Below, piece by piece: positions 1-10,766 of a DNA stretch of 29,781 nt. The stretch is from positions 1,719,634 through 1,749,414 of the forward strand of contig NW_003314287.1 in assembly GCF_000143415.4 (NCBI RefSeq), written 5' to 3'. A model generated the notes under the pieces. That model was not told where the DNA came from. It worked only from the letters and a program-made list of their open reading frames with translations, and ran no database searches. Positions within the stretch are counted from its first letter, which is position 1, and every line of letters begins with the position of its first letter. The stretch comes from Selaginella moellendorffii (lineage: Eukaryota > Plantae > Lycopodiophyta). Made by a program: the position numbers and the translations under genes.

Positions 1-2913
1 CACTTGTCACAAAAGAATGAAACTTTCTTGAAAAGAAGAGAGTATAGAGATGAAAGGGAGAACAAGTAATTAATGCTACAACTTTTGTAATTGACTGGCA
101 CTTCTCACTCATAACCACATTCATTTCAACAATATTATTCCTCACACAATCAATTATACATATCTTAATATCTAAAGCATTGAATGATTGTATCCATTGA
201 TCGCCATCAAAGAGAATGAAAATCATAACCATTGATTGTGACTGTTAATTGTGTCCATTGATTTTTAGGGTTTTATGCATAGGGTTTGAGTAGCAAAGGG
301 CACGCATTTGAGCAGGGAAGGGTGAGAGAAAGGAGCTTCAACCTAGTAATATGCCTTAAGACACTCCTCAAACAAGGTATACTTCCATGAGAAGGTTAAT
401 TTGTGCACGAACTAACATCTCCTCACCTTCTTTCTTCCATGAGAAGTTTTCTCTTTTCTCAATTTTTGTTTTCTGTTGAGGGATAAAGATATCAGTTTTT
501 GTGTGAATCGACATCTCCTAACATTCTATTTCATTTTCTATTTAGTTTTTTGCCCATCTTTGCCTTTATTTATTTTTTTATTTTTTCCTTGTTAAAGGGG
601 TGGGAAAGATTGGTTTGTGTGCAAACTAACGTCTCCCCACCTTCATTTTTTCTAGACGCGAGCTTTCTTGGTTTTTTTCATGTTTCTAGTGGTGAGATCT
701 CTATATTTTAAAAAATAGAGAGAGATAGAAATGTCAATTCTTATGCAATCCAACATCTTTAAAGTTTTTTCTTGATTTTAATGACTTGATGGGGCATTTC
801 ATGTGAAAATAAGAGGGTGGAAGATGTCGATTCTTGCGTGAATTGACTTCTCCTGTATTCTTGTTGTGTTTTTCTTTTTCTTGAGAGGTAGGGTGAGGTC
901 GGTTCTTGTGCGAACCAAACTCTCGCAATGAATTGTGTTTATTTCCTAAACATTTCTTGTAATTTACAATCTATTTTTCACATCTTTTACTTACAATCTT
1001 TTCTTGTGAGAGCAAATGTAAATCAAGCTTGACTATTTGGAACTTCTAACAAGGGACTTGCACTTAAAATGCCACAGGTTTGCTTTACATTACAAGTTAG
1101 ATGTTATAGTATTTTTGCTTTTTATTTTAGAGGAAGTGCAGAGGCCAGCCTCAATGGTCTCAGTCTCCAGGAAAAAGTAACCACCTTGATCGCTGTGGGC
1201 TTGGTTGATCAAAGGGAGATTCATCTCAAATATCCAATGAATTTTTTGCTAGTCATGTTGGAGGCAACAATGAGCATAACAACAACATGGATGTTGAGAT
1301 GGACACTCAAATCGATGTTAGTGTTATTGAGGCTGTTGGTACTGGTGCTCCTGAGGCTGTGGCTACTAGTGGTGGGGTACTTGCGTCTGATGTTAGTGGT
1401 GGTGGGGGTGTTGTGCCTTTGGTTGTTGAGGTTGCTCATGGCGAGGTAGATGAACCAGCTGAGAAGGTTATTGGTAGCATTGTAGGTGGATCTACTGTAG
1501 AGGCTACTAGGGGCATAGTAGCTGCTCCTACTACTCCTTAGGCTGGTGGTGTAAGGGGAGCTAGTGGTGGTAAAGGATTATGAATGCATAATTCTAACAC
1601 CATCTTGAATGATTATGTTTAGGACATGATCATCCAAGCTCAAGAACGGACAATCAGTAAAGTGTTACAGGAAATGGCATGGAATGGCCCTCATCGTTTT
1701 TTAGTTCCTTTGTGCCAGTTGGTTCAAAGCTATTGGGTGCACTCAGCTTACGACCTCAACATGACTATCTACAGCTCCTTTGCTTAGGTCGGGTTTGGGA
1801 GCACAGCTGATACCTTCATCATTTCACTAATTTTCCCTAGAACTAGCCGGACAGACCTAGTGACTACTGAACTTAAGCAAAATTGGGATCCTATATGGCT
1901 GCAAAAGTCTCGTGAGTTTGATGGATTCTTAAGACAACATATGGAGACAGCAGGGATCATTGGAAAGCTCTTTTGGGTGATCGATGGAAACCATAGATGG
2001 CTGGCATTTTGGAAGTGCATTCAAGATAAGTTCCGAGATGAAGAACACATTAGTGTTCCAGTCACACTTGTTGAACTAATGACTTAGGAGCACACTATGA
2101 AGCTCAATATGGCATGCCATAAGATCAACATGTAAGAATTTATTTTTTGTAAACTTAGCCAATATCGTGTTTTTGCAGGCTAAAACAATTTGCATTTCAA
2201 GCTCATATATTGGTACATGACATTGAGCATCTTCGGTTTATCGATATGCTCTTGCTAAAGGAGGTCCAAACGTTGTACAATTGTGAGGTATTTGAAGCAA
2301 TTCAAGTGAAGCTAGCAACTAGGAAAGACCAAGAATTGCAGATTTGGTACCAGTTGCCACTTGATTTTTTAGTTGCTATCTAGGAAAAGGTAAAGTATGT
2401 ATCGACTTACATAATGTTTCTTGCAGCCCATAATCAAAGGAGAAAGAGCCTCACTTTTTAAAAATGCCCGAGGGGACAAGCAGCAAAAGGAGATGGAGTG
2501 GCATGTGATTGAGCAGTGAATTTTGAATACGAAGAGAACAAAGGTGAAAAAGTTGCTCTCGATTGCAAACATATGATGTGCGCAAGAATGGCTTGATAGC
2601 ATTGCCGAGATTTGTTCTCGCGTTTGTAAGTTCTTCTAAAATTTGTGAAACATTTCATAACTCTTTATATGTGTAGGAACTGGTAAAGCACCAAAGGAAC
2701 TCATTTACAACATCTCCAAGAGTAAAATGTCCTTTGTTGAACAAAGCGTCTGCTTGGACTTCTCAACACTTGACTGCAAAACAACAAAAAACACTATGAG
2801 ATAAGGATGGAAAAGGTGATGAAGGAGAAGGCGTACATTTCTCAAAGTATTGCCGCTAGTGAGGAGATGCTACAAATTTGGGATCAGAAGTTTCTTTTTA
2901 GCACCTGCACAGT

Positions 2914-3148
2914 NNNNNNNNNNNNNNNNNNNNNNNNNNNNNNNNNNNNNNNNNNNNNNNNNNNNNNNNNNNNNNNNNNNNNNNNNNNNNNNNNNNNNNN
3001 NNNNNNNNNNNNNNNNNNNNNNNNNNNNNNNNNNNNNNNNNNNNNNNNNNNNNNNNNNNNNNNNNNNNNNNNNNNNNNNNNNNNNNNNNNNNNNNNNNNN
3101 NNNNNNNNNNNNNNNNNNNNNNNNNNNNNNNNNNNNNNNNNNNNNNNN
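2914..3148. other. Assembly gap (235 N)
   Basis: Run of N. Confidence 1.
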
Positions 3149-4440
3149 CAGAGCTAAGGAAATGTTGGCTTCCACGTGGTGGGATGAGTTCGGCTGAGTT
3201 CAAGAACCAATCAAGACAACCATTTTTTGCGAGGCACATGGTTTATAGATATTTTCTCAATTCTCATTCATATATTGGTATTTATATTTTTGTTTTACTA
3301 TATAGATATTTAAAATATTGCCTTGGCACACCGGTATACACAGCCGGTGTTTTGCAGAAGCTCCTAACTAGAGGCAAGAAGCTTGGGATGTATAAGCTAG
3401 AGTTCTACTGTCCTTGTACACATAAGAGGGAGCTATGCCTGTAGTACCTTGAACTCATGGAGCAGATGTTGACATTGAACTTCGAGCTAGATCTCTACCT
3501 TGAATGTCATCTAGGTTCACTTGAAACTCAGCACTTAGCTAGGAAATATTAACCTTGAGTTATATTCTTATTTTCCAGAGGCTCTTTCTAACTGTGATAA
3601 CAACGTTGTTGAAACGTTGTTGAAGTTCAACAACTAAACCCAAGAGTCCACACTCGGGAAACCATTCAGGAGATGCCAAATCCAAATACCTTTGAACCAA
3701 AGGAAACTATATAAGAGATTCTAGCACAAGAGATTCCAGTACTTGCTCCTCACAACCCCCAAAGAGGTTATCGTGAAGCCATTCATGAGAGTAAGGACTT
3801 TGACTTGAAACATTCTTTTATTCATTCTTGACTTCACTTTTTTTCTTATAAATGTTGTAGAGAGTAGCCATTAGTCTTCTCGGTGGATTAAGACATTCTT
3901 CCCATCCCTCCCTACGACTACAGACGACGACCTAGAAGAGCTCTCCTCTACAACTATGCATAAACAGGTTAGTAAGCATGAATTTTATCTCCAACTTTTA
4001 GTTCTAATAATTGTTTTTCAGGTTTGCCCTCTATCCCCGGCTAGTGTTGGGGAAGTTGTTGTTCTCATTGAGGATTACACGCAACTTTTAGATGCTATTA
4101 GTTGGGAGCTTTACAAGCTTGATCTGTGGATCCATGGTCGGGGTCAACTCACACCTTATAGGAAGATTGATTTCATCTTTTTCGATCTTCCCAATGGGAT
4201 GCCACTACCGCAGGGGGATACTTCGTCATGAAATGTGTTGCAGGCCTAACACATTTTTAAAGGTTGCGAGCAGCTTCATGACATACAAAGGTGTGGTTGT
4301 CATGATCCTTCCCCACTCTCTAATGTGGGAAGGCCTTCTTGCACACTTGGTTGACAATAATGATGGATTTGTTGAGTTTTCATTTGGCTGCCTTCTTTCA
4401 AATATGGCAGTGGATACAAAAGGCACTAGTGGGCAGAAGT

Positions 4441-4826
4441 TGTCAGGAATCCCCCAATTCTTGCCACATTCCTAACTCTTGCCGGATTCTTGACCTGCAG
4501 ACCACATTCCTGACTCTCGAGACACTTCCCTATTCCTGACTCTCGAGACACTTCCCTATTCCTGACTCTCGAGACACTTCCTGATTCTTGAGTCTCGAGC
4601 CATATTCCTGATGATGATGTGGCGCCTCCTCGACCTCAGCTATATTTAGGCCGTCCTCGATCCAAGAGTGGTGGAGCTTCATCAACCTATAGTATATATA
4701 GGTTAGCCTTGTTCCATTTCTCCACAATCTGAATCAACACCAGTTTAAGGCTTTTTCTTTGTTTCCACTAGCTTTTCTCTTTGTCTTTAGCATTTTCTAG
4801 TCTTGATCTTGTTAAGGATCTTGACA
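4441..4826 (+). repeat. 5' LTR of gypsy element (386 bp)
   Basis: TGTCA...TGACA termini. Matches 8248-8607. Carries three copies of a 26-bp unit ATTCCTGACTCTCGAGACACTTCCCT (4506-4583). Confidence 0.97.
4688..4700 (+). promoter_or_regulatory. Probable LTR TATA box
   Basis: TATAGTATATATA about 25-30 bp upstream of the segment complementary to the PBS, the spacing expected for a transcription start. Confidence 0.55.
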
Positions 4827-4828
4827 GT

Positions 4829-4843
4829 TTGATTCAGATTGTG
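4829..4843 (+). promoter_or_regulatory. Non-tRNA (self-priming) primer binding site
   Basis: TTGATTCAGATTGTG lies 2 nt after the LTR and is the exact reverse complement of CACAATCTGAATCAA at 4723-4737. There is no TGG tRNA-type PBS. Confidence 0.85.
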
Positions 4844-4940
4844 CTTTTTGCTTTTCTTTTAGCTCATTTTGATTATTTGATTGCTTTTGTCTTTTCCCCC
4901 CTTTCGTGTTTTCCCCCCTTTCTTTTATTTCTTCTTGCCA

Positions 4941-5389
4941 ATGGAGTCTCTAAGCCATCCTGATTTCTTTGCCGAAGTCCTTGCAAAAATCCAATCTGAG
5001 AATACCGAGCTGAAGGCGACCCTTCTTCGCATGCAGCAGGAGCTTGCTTCACTTTCGGCTCAAGGATCCAGCAAAGTTCCTGAACCGAAGGTGAGTTTCC
5101 CGGCGAAATTTTCAGGCAAGCGTTCGGAGCTCCGTGGATTTTTGAACCAAATGGAGCTGATCTTTGCACTTCAACATCGGCGGTACCCTACTCCCGAGTC
5201 TTAAATCGGCGCGATTGGGACGTTGCTCGAGGGTGCAGCTTTGTCATGGTTTTCTCCTCTTCTGGAGAAGAGCATGAAAGGGGTTGTGGTTCCGGAGCTG
5301 ATGGATCTTCAATTATTCAAAGAGAAGCTCGAAGCATGTTTTGGCGAGACAGATCGGGTTCGGGCTGCTACCACAAAGATGAGAACCTT
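4941..5389 (+). pseudogene. gag: Gypsy gag, truncated, with premature TAA
   Basis: MESLSHPDFF...PKVSFPAKFSGKRSELRGFLNQ...PES*IGAIGTLLEGAALSWF...KMRTL in one frame. Stop at 5202-5204. Zinc knuckle and protease are absent. Confidence 0.9.
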
Positions 5390-8236
5390 GCCTCGGGGTT
5401 CATTCAACATTCGCAGTCCCCGGCTGGCGCGCCTGTCTTCTTTGTCAAGAAGAAGGATGGGAGTTTGCGGCTAGTCATCGATTACCGAGGTTTGAACAAG
5501 GTGACTATTCGGAACCGTTATCCGCTGCCCCTGATCTCGGACCTGTTGGAACGCCTCGGCGGTGCCCGCTTCTTCACCAAGATTGACCTCCGTGGCGCAT
5601 ACAACCTGATCCGGATCCGGCCTGGTGATGAATGGAAGACTGCATTCCGAACCCGCTATGGCCACTTCGAGTACACTGTCATGCCATTTGGCTTGACAAA
5701 TGCTCCCGCAGTTTTCCAACACATGGCGAACGACGTCTTTCGGGAGTTTCTTGATCGGATGGTGATCGTCTACCTCGATGACATCCTCATCTACTCAAGA
5801 ACTCAGGAGGAGCACGACGAACATGTACGTAAGGTGCTGGCAAAGCTGCGAGAACACGGCCTATACGCGAAGCTTGAGAAATGTTCCTTCGATCAGCAGT
5901 CTGTAGAGTTCCTTGGGTACATTGTCACTCCTGAAGGTATCACGATGGATCCTGTCAAAGTCAAGACTATTCTCGAGTGGGAGCCTCCACAATCAATGTC
6001 GGACGTTCAGGTTTTCCTTGGCTTCGCCAACTTCTACCGCAAATTCATTGATCACTACTCTGACATTGTCCTTCCTCTCACGCATCTCATTCGCAAGGAT
6101 GTTCCCTTCTCTTGGTCTACTGCTGCCCAGCACGCCTTCGACACACTCAAGGCAGCCTTCAGTTCTGCTCCCGTGTTGATCCATGCTGATTCCTCACAAC
6201 CTTTCTTCATCGAGGCTGACGCCTCCGACTTTGCCATCGGTGTTGTGCTGTCTCAACTCGGAGCGGATCAAGAACTTCATCCGGTCGCTTTCCATTCTCG
6301 GAAATTCCAGCCTGCGGAGATCAATTACGAAATCCACGACAAGGAGCTCCTTGCCATCGTGGATTCCTTTGGAGAGTGGCGCCGTTTCTTGGAGGGGGCG
6401 GGCCATCAAACAACAGTCTGGACGGATCACAAAAATCTCGAGTACTTTGCCACTTCCCGAGTTTTGAGCCGTCGTCAAGCAAGGTGGGCACAATTCCTGA
6501 GTCGGTTTGACTTTGTTATCAAGTACAGACCTGGAAAGCTTCAAGGCCTTCCTGATGCTCTTTCAAGGCGCTCCTATCTCAGTCTCAGGCTTGGTAATCC
6601 TGCCTTCGATCAACAGGATCAAGTTATCCTCGGTCCTGATCGGCTTCAAGTTATGGCAATTTCCCTGGCCCCTCAGGACTCCTCCTTGATGGATGCAATC
6701 AGAAATGATCTCCAATCTGATGACCTCGCCAGCGATATTTTCACCCATCTTCAAGCTGGACACCCAGTGACTCCCAACTGCCGGCGATTTGACGAGTTCG
6801 AGTTCTTAGATGGCTTATTGTACCGTGGGGAGCAGCTTTACGTTCCTAAAGGTGATGCTCGAAAGTTGGTCCTGATGGCGTGCCATGATAGCCCGACTGC
6901 TGGTCATTTCGGCATTGCAAAAACCTATGAGCTAGTTGCACGGGACTTTTGGTGGCCTCACATGGATGACTACATCAAAGCTTTTGTTACCTCCTGTGAC
7001 ACTTGTGCTCGGAATAAGGTACCTCGCCACCTTCCTTCAGGTTTGCTTCGTTCCCTCCCGGTCCCTTCAGGTCCTTGGGAATCCATCTCCATGGATTTCT
7101 TGAGTGATCTTCCGAGTTCTGGAGGCTTCAATAATATTTTAGTCGTGGTGGATCGCTTCACAAAGATGGCGCACTTCTTGCCATGTACCAAGGAATTTTC
7201 GGGCGAGGACATGGCAAAACTGGTATTCAGGGAAATTTTCCGACTTCATGGGATTCCTACAAATGTGGTTTCGGATCGGGGGCCTCAATTCATCTCTCAT
7301 TTCTGGCAACGGTTTTTGCAGTTGCTTGGAGTGAAGGCCAACCTCTCTTCGGCATATCATCCTCAAACTGATGGACAGTCCGAGCGAACGATTCAGATGC
7401 TGGAACAATTCTTGAGGTGCTTCATCAACTATCATCAGGATAACTAGTTCAATATCCTTCCCCTTGTTGAGTTCTCCTATAACAACTCTGTTCACTCCTC
7501 TCTTCGAGTTTCCCCCTTCTTTGCGAACTCTGGCCGAAATCCCCGATTCAATCTCTCACTTCCTTCTCCATCTGAATCCTCTCGTTCAAATCCCCGCTCT
7601 GAGGCATTTATCTCCAACCTTCAGGAAATCCACAACTCCATCTCCTTCCACCTCCATCGTGCTCAGGAATCTCACAAAACATTTGCCAATGTCCATCGTC
7701 AGGATTGTCCCCCTTACAATATCGGGGATAAAGTCTGGCTCCTCAGGCGAAATATCTCCACCACCAGGCCCTGTCCAAAACTCGATTTCAAATGCCTCGG
7801 TCCTTTTCCTATCACTGCCATCATTAATCCTGTCACTTATCGCCTTGCACTTCCCTCCTCATATCAAATTCACCCCGTTTTTCACTCCTCTCTCCTTGAG
7901 CCTTATATTCCCAGTCTTATTCCAAATCGGGTCATTCCTCCGCCTCCACCAGTGCAGCTCGAGGATGGGTCTGAGTACGAGGTTTAGGACATCCTTGATT
8001 CCAAGATTTCACGGTCTAAACTCTACTATCTGGTCGACTGGAAGGGTTACGGACCTGAGGAACGCACTTGGGAACCTGCGGACAACCTGATTCATTCTCC
8101 TGACCTTGTTCAGGACTTCCACCACCGCTATCCTTCTCGTCCCAGTCCTCATTCTTTTTCTCCATCTCCCATCCCTCGCCGCTCATCTCATCCTCCTCTT
8201 CGTTCTCGTTCACATCCTCGTTCCACTCGTTCTTGA
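5378..8236 (+). pseudogene. pol: Gypsy pol: RT-RNase H-integrase-chromodomain, two in-frame stops
   Basis: DENLASGFI...APVFFVKKKDGSLRLVIDYRGLN, YLDD, EADASDFAIG, the HHCC zinc finger and SDRGPQF. The frame continues past TAG 7445-7447 and TAG 7985-7987 to TGA 8234-8236. Confidence 0.95.
7973..8131 (+). other. Integrase C-terminal chromodomain (classical type, aromatic residues retained)
   Basis: [52 protein letters not shown] in the pol frame. Confidence 0.9.
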
Positions 8237-8247
8237 GGAGGGGGTGC

Positions 8248-8607
8248 TATCAGGAATCCCCCAATTCTTGCCACATTCCTGACTCTTGCCGGATTCCTGA
8301 CCTGCAGACCACATTCCTGACTCTCGAGACACTTCCCTATTCCTGACTCTCAAGACACTTCCCGATTCTTGAGTCTCGAGCCATATTCCTGATGATGATG
8401 TGGCGCCTCCTCGACCTCAGCTATATTTAGGCCGTCCTCGATCCAAGAGTGGTGGAGCTTCATCAACCTATAGTATATATAGGTTAGCCTTGTTCCATTT
8501 CTCCACAATCTGAATCAACACCAGTCTAAGGCCTCTTCTTTGTTTCCACTAGCTTTTCTCTTTGTCTTTAGCATTTTCTAGTCTTGATCTTGTTGGGGGT
8601 CTTGACA
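8248..8607 (+). repeat. 3' LTR of gypsy element (360 bp)
   Basis: Starts TATCA (TG mutated to TA), ends TGACA. Has two copies of the 26-bp unit and about 11 substitutions versus the 5' LTR by manual count. Confidence 0.97.
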
Positions 8608-10766
8608 GAAGTGAAAGGTGTGTGACTTCTTTATTTATAAATTAGCTCTATTCTATTTTTTTTTCCAGATTTATTCTTGGAACTACCATACTCTATACCA
8701 TATTAGGAACTGGTGTAATGCCACATGAGCTAACAAGCGTGTTGCTCTTGCTTTACCAGGATATGACAACTCTATAGACATCATCCCAAATGTGATTGAC
8801 TCAAACGTTCTTCACCTAGTGTTCCCTGGTTATCGACATCGTTCGGTCACGGCTATGTAGATCTTGTTGGCTACAGCCAAACTTGGATCAATGGTGCAGG
8901 CAGTGAAAGAGATAGGCTGAGTTGATTTTGCACTTGAGAAGGAGGATGCCTTTAAGGATATTCTTAGGAAATTTTGTGATAGGTGATGTTAATGCTTGAA
9001 ATAATCTATAATGTTTATTCTCAAATGTTTCTATGTCATTAGGTTTACACTTATCACACACAGTGTTTCAGTCCACACGCTTGATCCTAATGATATGGAT
9101 GATCATATGGACTAAAGTCAATTCCACTTACCTATTTATGCTGAATGCATGGCACAACATTACATATAACACGAGCCTATAGTGAAGGAGCATTCCACTA
9201 TACCCATTTCTACTTTTCTGGACATGGAAGCAGAAGAAGATTGAATATATTCTGATTTTAATATTAATTATGTTGTTTAATATATTATTTCCTTTCTTTA
9301 TAGACTAAAAGATTAGTTTGTGTCGAACCAATTGAGCTTATGGAATACCTTAAACACCTAGATTTTATGTTAAAAATTCTTGGTTCAAGACGAACTAAGG
9401 TAATGCCATTAAACTTTTGCTAGTTAGAGGATTGTATTGACTTCTTTTGACTTTTGTTGACTTTCATTGACTTGAGCTCAGCTCAAAAACTACCCAGCCC
9501 CAAAGAATTGGTGGGATCTTCATTGATTCCTTTATCAAAGATCTATTCTCAATTATGTTGCCACTCCACAAAATCCTTCCAAAGAAGAGTTTAGTAAGGA
9601 TATCCACAAGTGGACAATCATACAAAAAGCACAAATAGATCTTAGAGAGCACTTAATAAAGTGCAAGGCATAGATCATGGAAGAGATCATTTGAAGTCTT
9701 GCAATAAAGTCTAGAATTCTCTTTCCTCACTTGTCAACCTCAACTAGATAGAGTTGACCTTGACTATATGATCCTAGCCCTGTCCCTGCAATCTAGCCAG
9801 CCTTCTCCAACATCTGGAAGCTAGGGTTCTTATGGAAGAGCTGTCCAAGTTATAGCCATTATCCCTTGATAAACTTATTGCCCTCATCGTTGCAGCCAAT
9901 GTGTTCATCCAAGAAGTTCCTGAGAGTGGAGGAGAAGCCCACAAGGTTGACATCACTAAATACACCCTTCCTCTTCATGTCTTGCTTAAACACATATATA
10001 ACTCACTTTGGAAATCAACTTTTTTTCAAAGCATATATATAGACATGCATGCCATGTTAATGCTAGGTATATGCACCATAATCTCAACCATACATTAGCA
10101 GAATTTAGGCTTTGATGTCAAGGAGTTCAATGCTGCTAAATAGACAGTTAATAAGCTAGACCTCATCACGAATTTCTTCTTAGAGTCTTGCCTAGCAGCT
10201 ATGCATTACCACCTAAAGGAGCTCATTCAATTAAAACGATTAATTCTAAAATATCTAAAAACTAGAAAAAAAATTGGAATTAAAATGAAAATCTAGTGAA
10301 AAAAATAGCTAGTACCCATTAAAAGCTATCTTAGAAAAATAAAATAAAATTGTCTTATTACAGCTTAGAAAAGTTGTGCATTACAACATAACTAAATAAA
10401 AGTTTAATATTTATTCTCCTACTAAAAACTCAAGGAAACAAACTAGCAAGTACTTTGAGGTCCTCAGGGATGTGTGCTGCTTGAATATTTGCTAATGCTT
10501 CCATCTCCTCCACCAATGACCTTTTCACCTCTTCCACCTCCAACATTACAGCCAGAACTCCTTTTGCTTGTTGATAATTGCTATATGTGTTTGAAGTGGC
10601 TGCTTTCTTCACGCTTTCTTCCCTCCTTTGTTTTCTTTTGAGTCCTCCAATCCTCTAGAGTTTGCTTTCTTCATTGCTTCCCTCTTCCCTTGATCTACCG
10701 CTGCTTTCTTCCTGCACTCCAACCCTTGTGTCTCCAAATCAACCAGCTTGATAGGACACTCTCATT

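Larger units (their letters stand above)
4441..8607 (+). mobile_element. Ty3/gypsy chromovirus LTR retrotransposon (Tcn1/Tf1-like), defective
   Basis: Two LTRs, 5-bp TSD GAAGT (4436-4440 and 8608-8612), gag, RT (YLDD), RNase H, integrase, chromodomain, and PPT GAGGAGGGGGTGC (8235-8247). Confidence 0.97.
1069..9244 (+). pseudogene. Decayed multi-exon gene: ParB/Srx-like N-terminal domain plus N6A/N4C DNA methyltransferase-like C-terminal domain, interrupted by a gypsy element
   Basis: ATG at 1069 (MPQ). A GT-AG intron at 1078-1130 joins in frame to a long exon 1131-2131 that is broken only by TAG/TGA codons and contains LFWVIDGNHRWLA (1968-2006). Further short introns: 2132-2178, 2390-2426, 3968-4021, 8618-8668. 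The exon from 4022 has KIDFIFFDLPNG, then (after a frameshift) FLKVASSFMTYKGVVVMIL. The exon from 8669 has GSMVQAVKEIG*VDFALEKEDAF. The 3' end is approximate. Confidence 0.6.

Noticed and set aside
185-290. Repeated CCATTGAT and TAGGGTTT motifs as transposon subterminal repeats or telomere seeds
   Set aside because: Too few and too short, with no TIR or TSD identifiable in the window.
2807-3239. ORFs spanning the N run
   Set aside because: Their length is an artefact of the assembly gap.
4506-4583. 26-bp direct repeats as a CRISPR array
   Set aside because: The units are contiguous with no unique spacers and lie inside an LTR in eukaryotic DNA.
5246-5377. N-terminus of the 733-aa ORF as real pol sequence
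   Set aside because: It is an alternate frame of gag upstream of the deletion junction.
7464-8090. 208-aa ORF as a separate gene (e.g. env-like)
   Set aside because: It is an off-frame overlap; the pol frame there encodes the integrase C-terminus and chromodomain.
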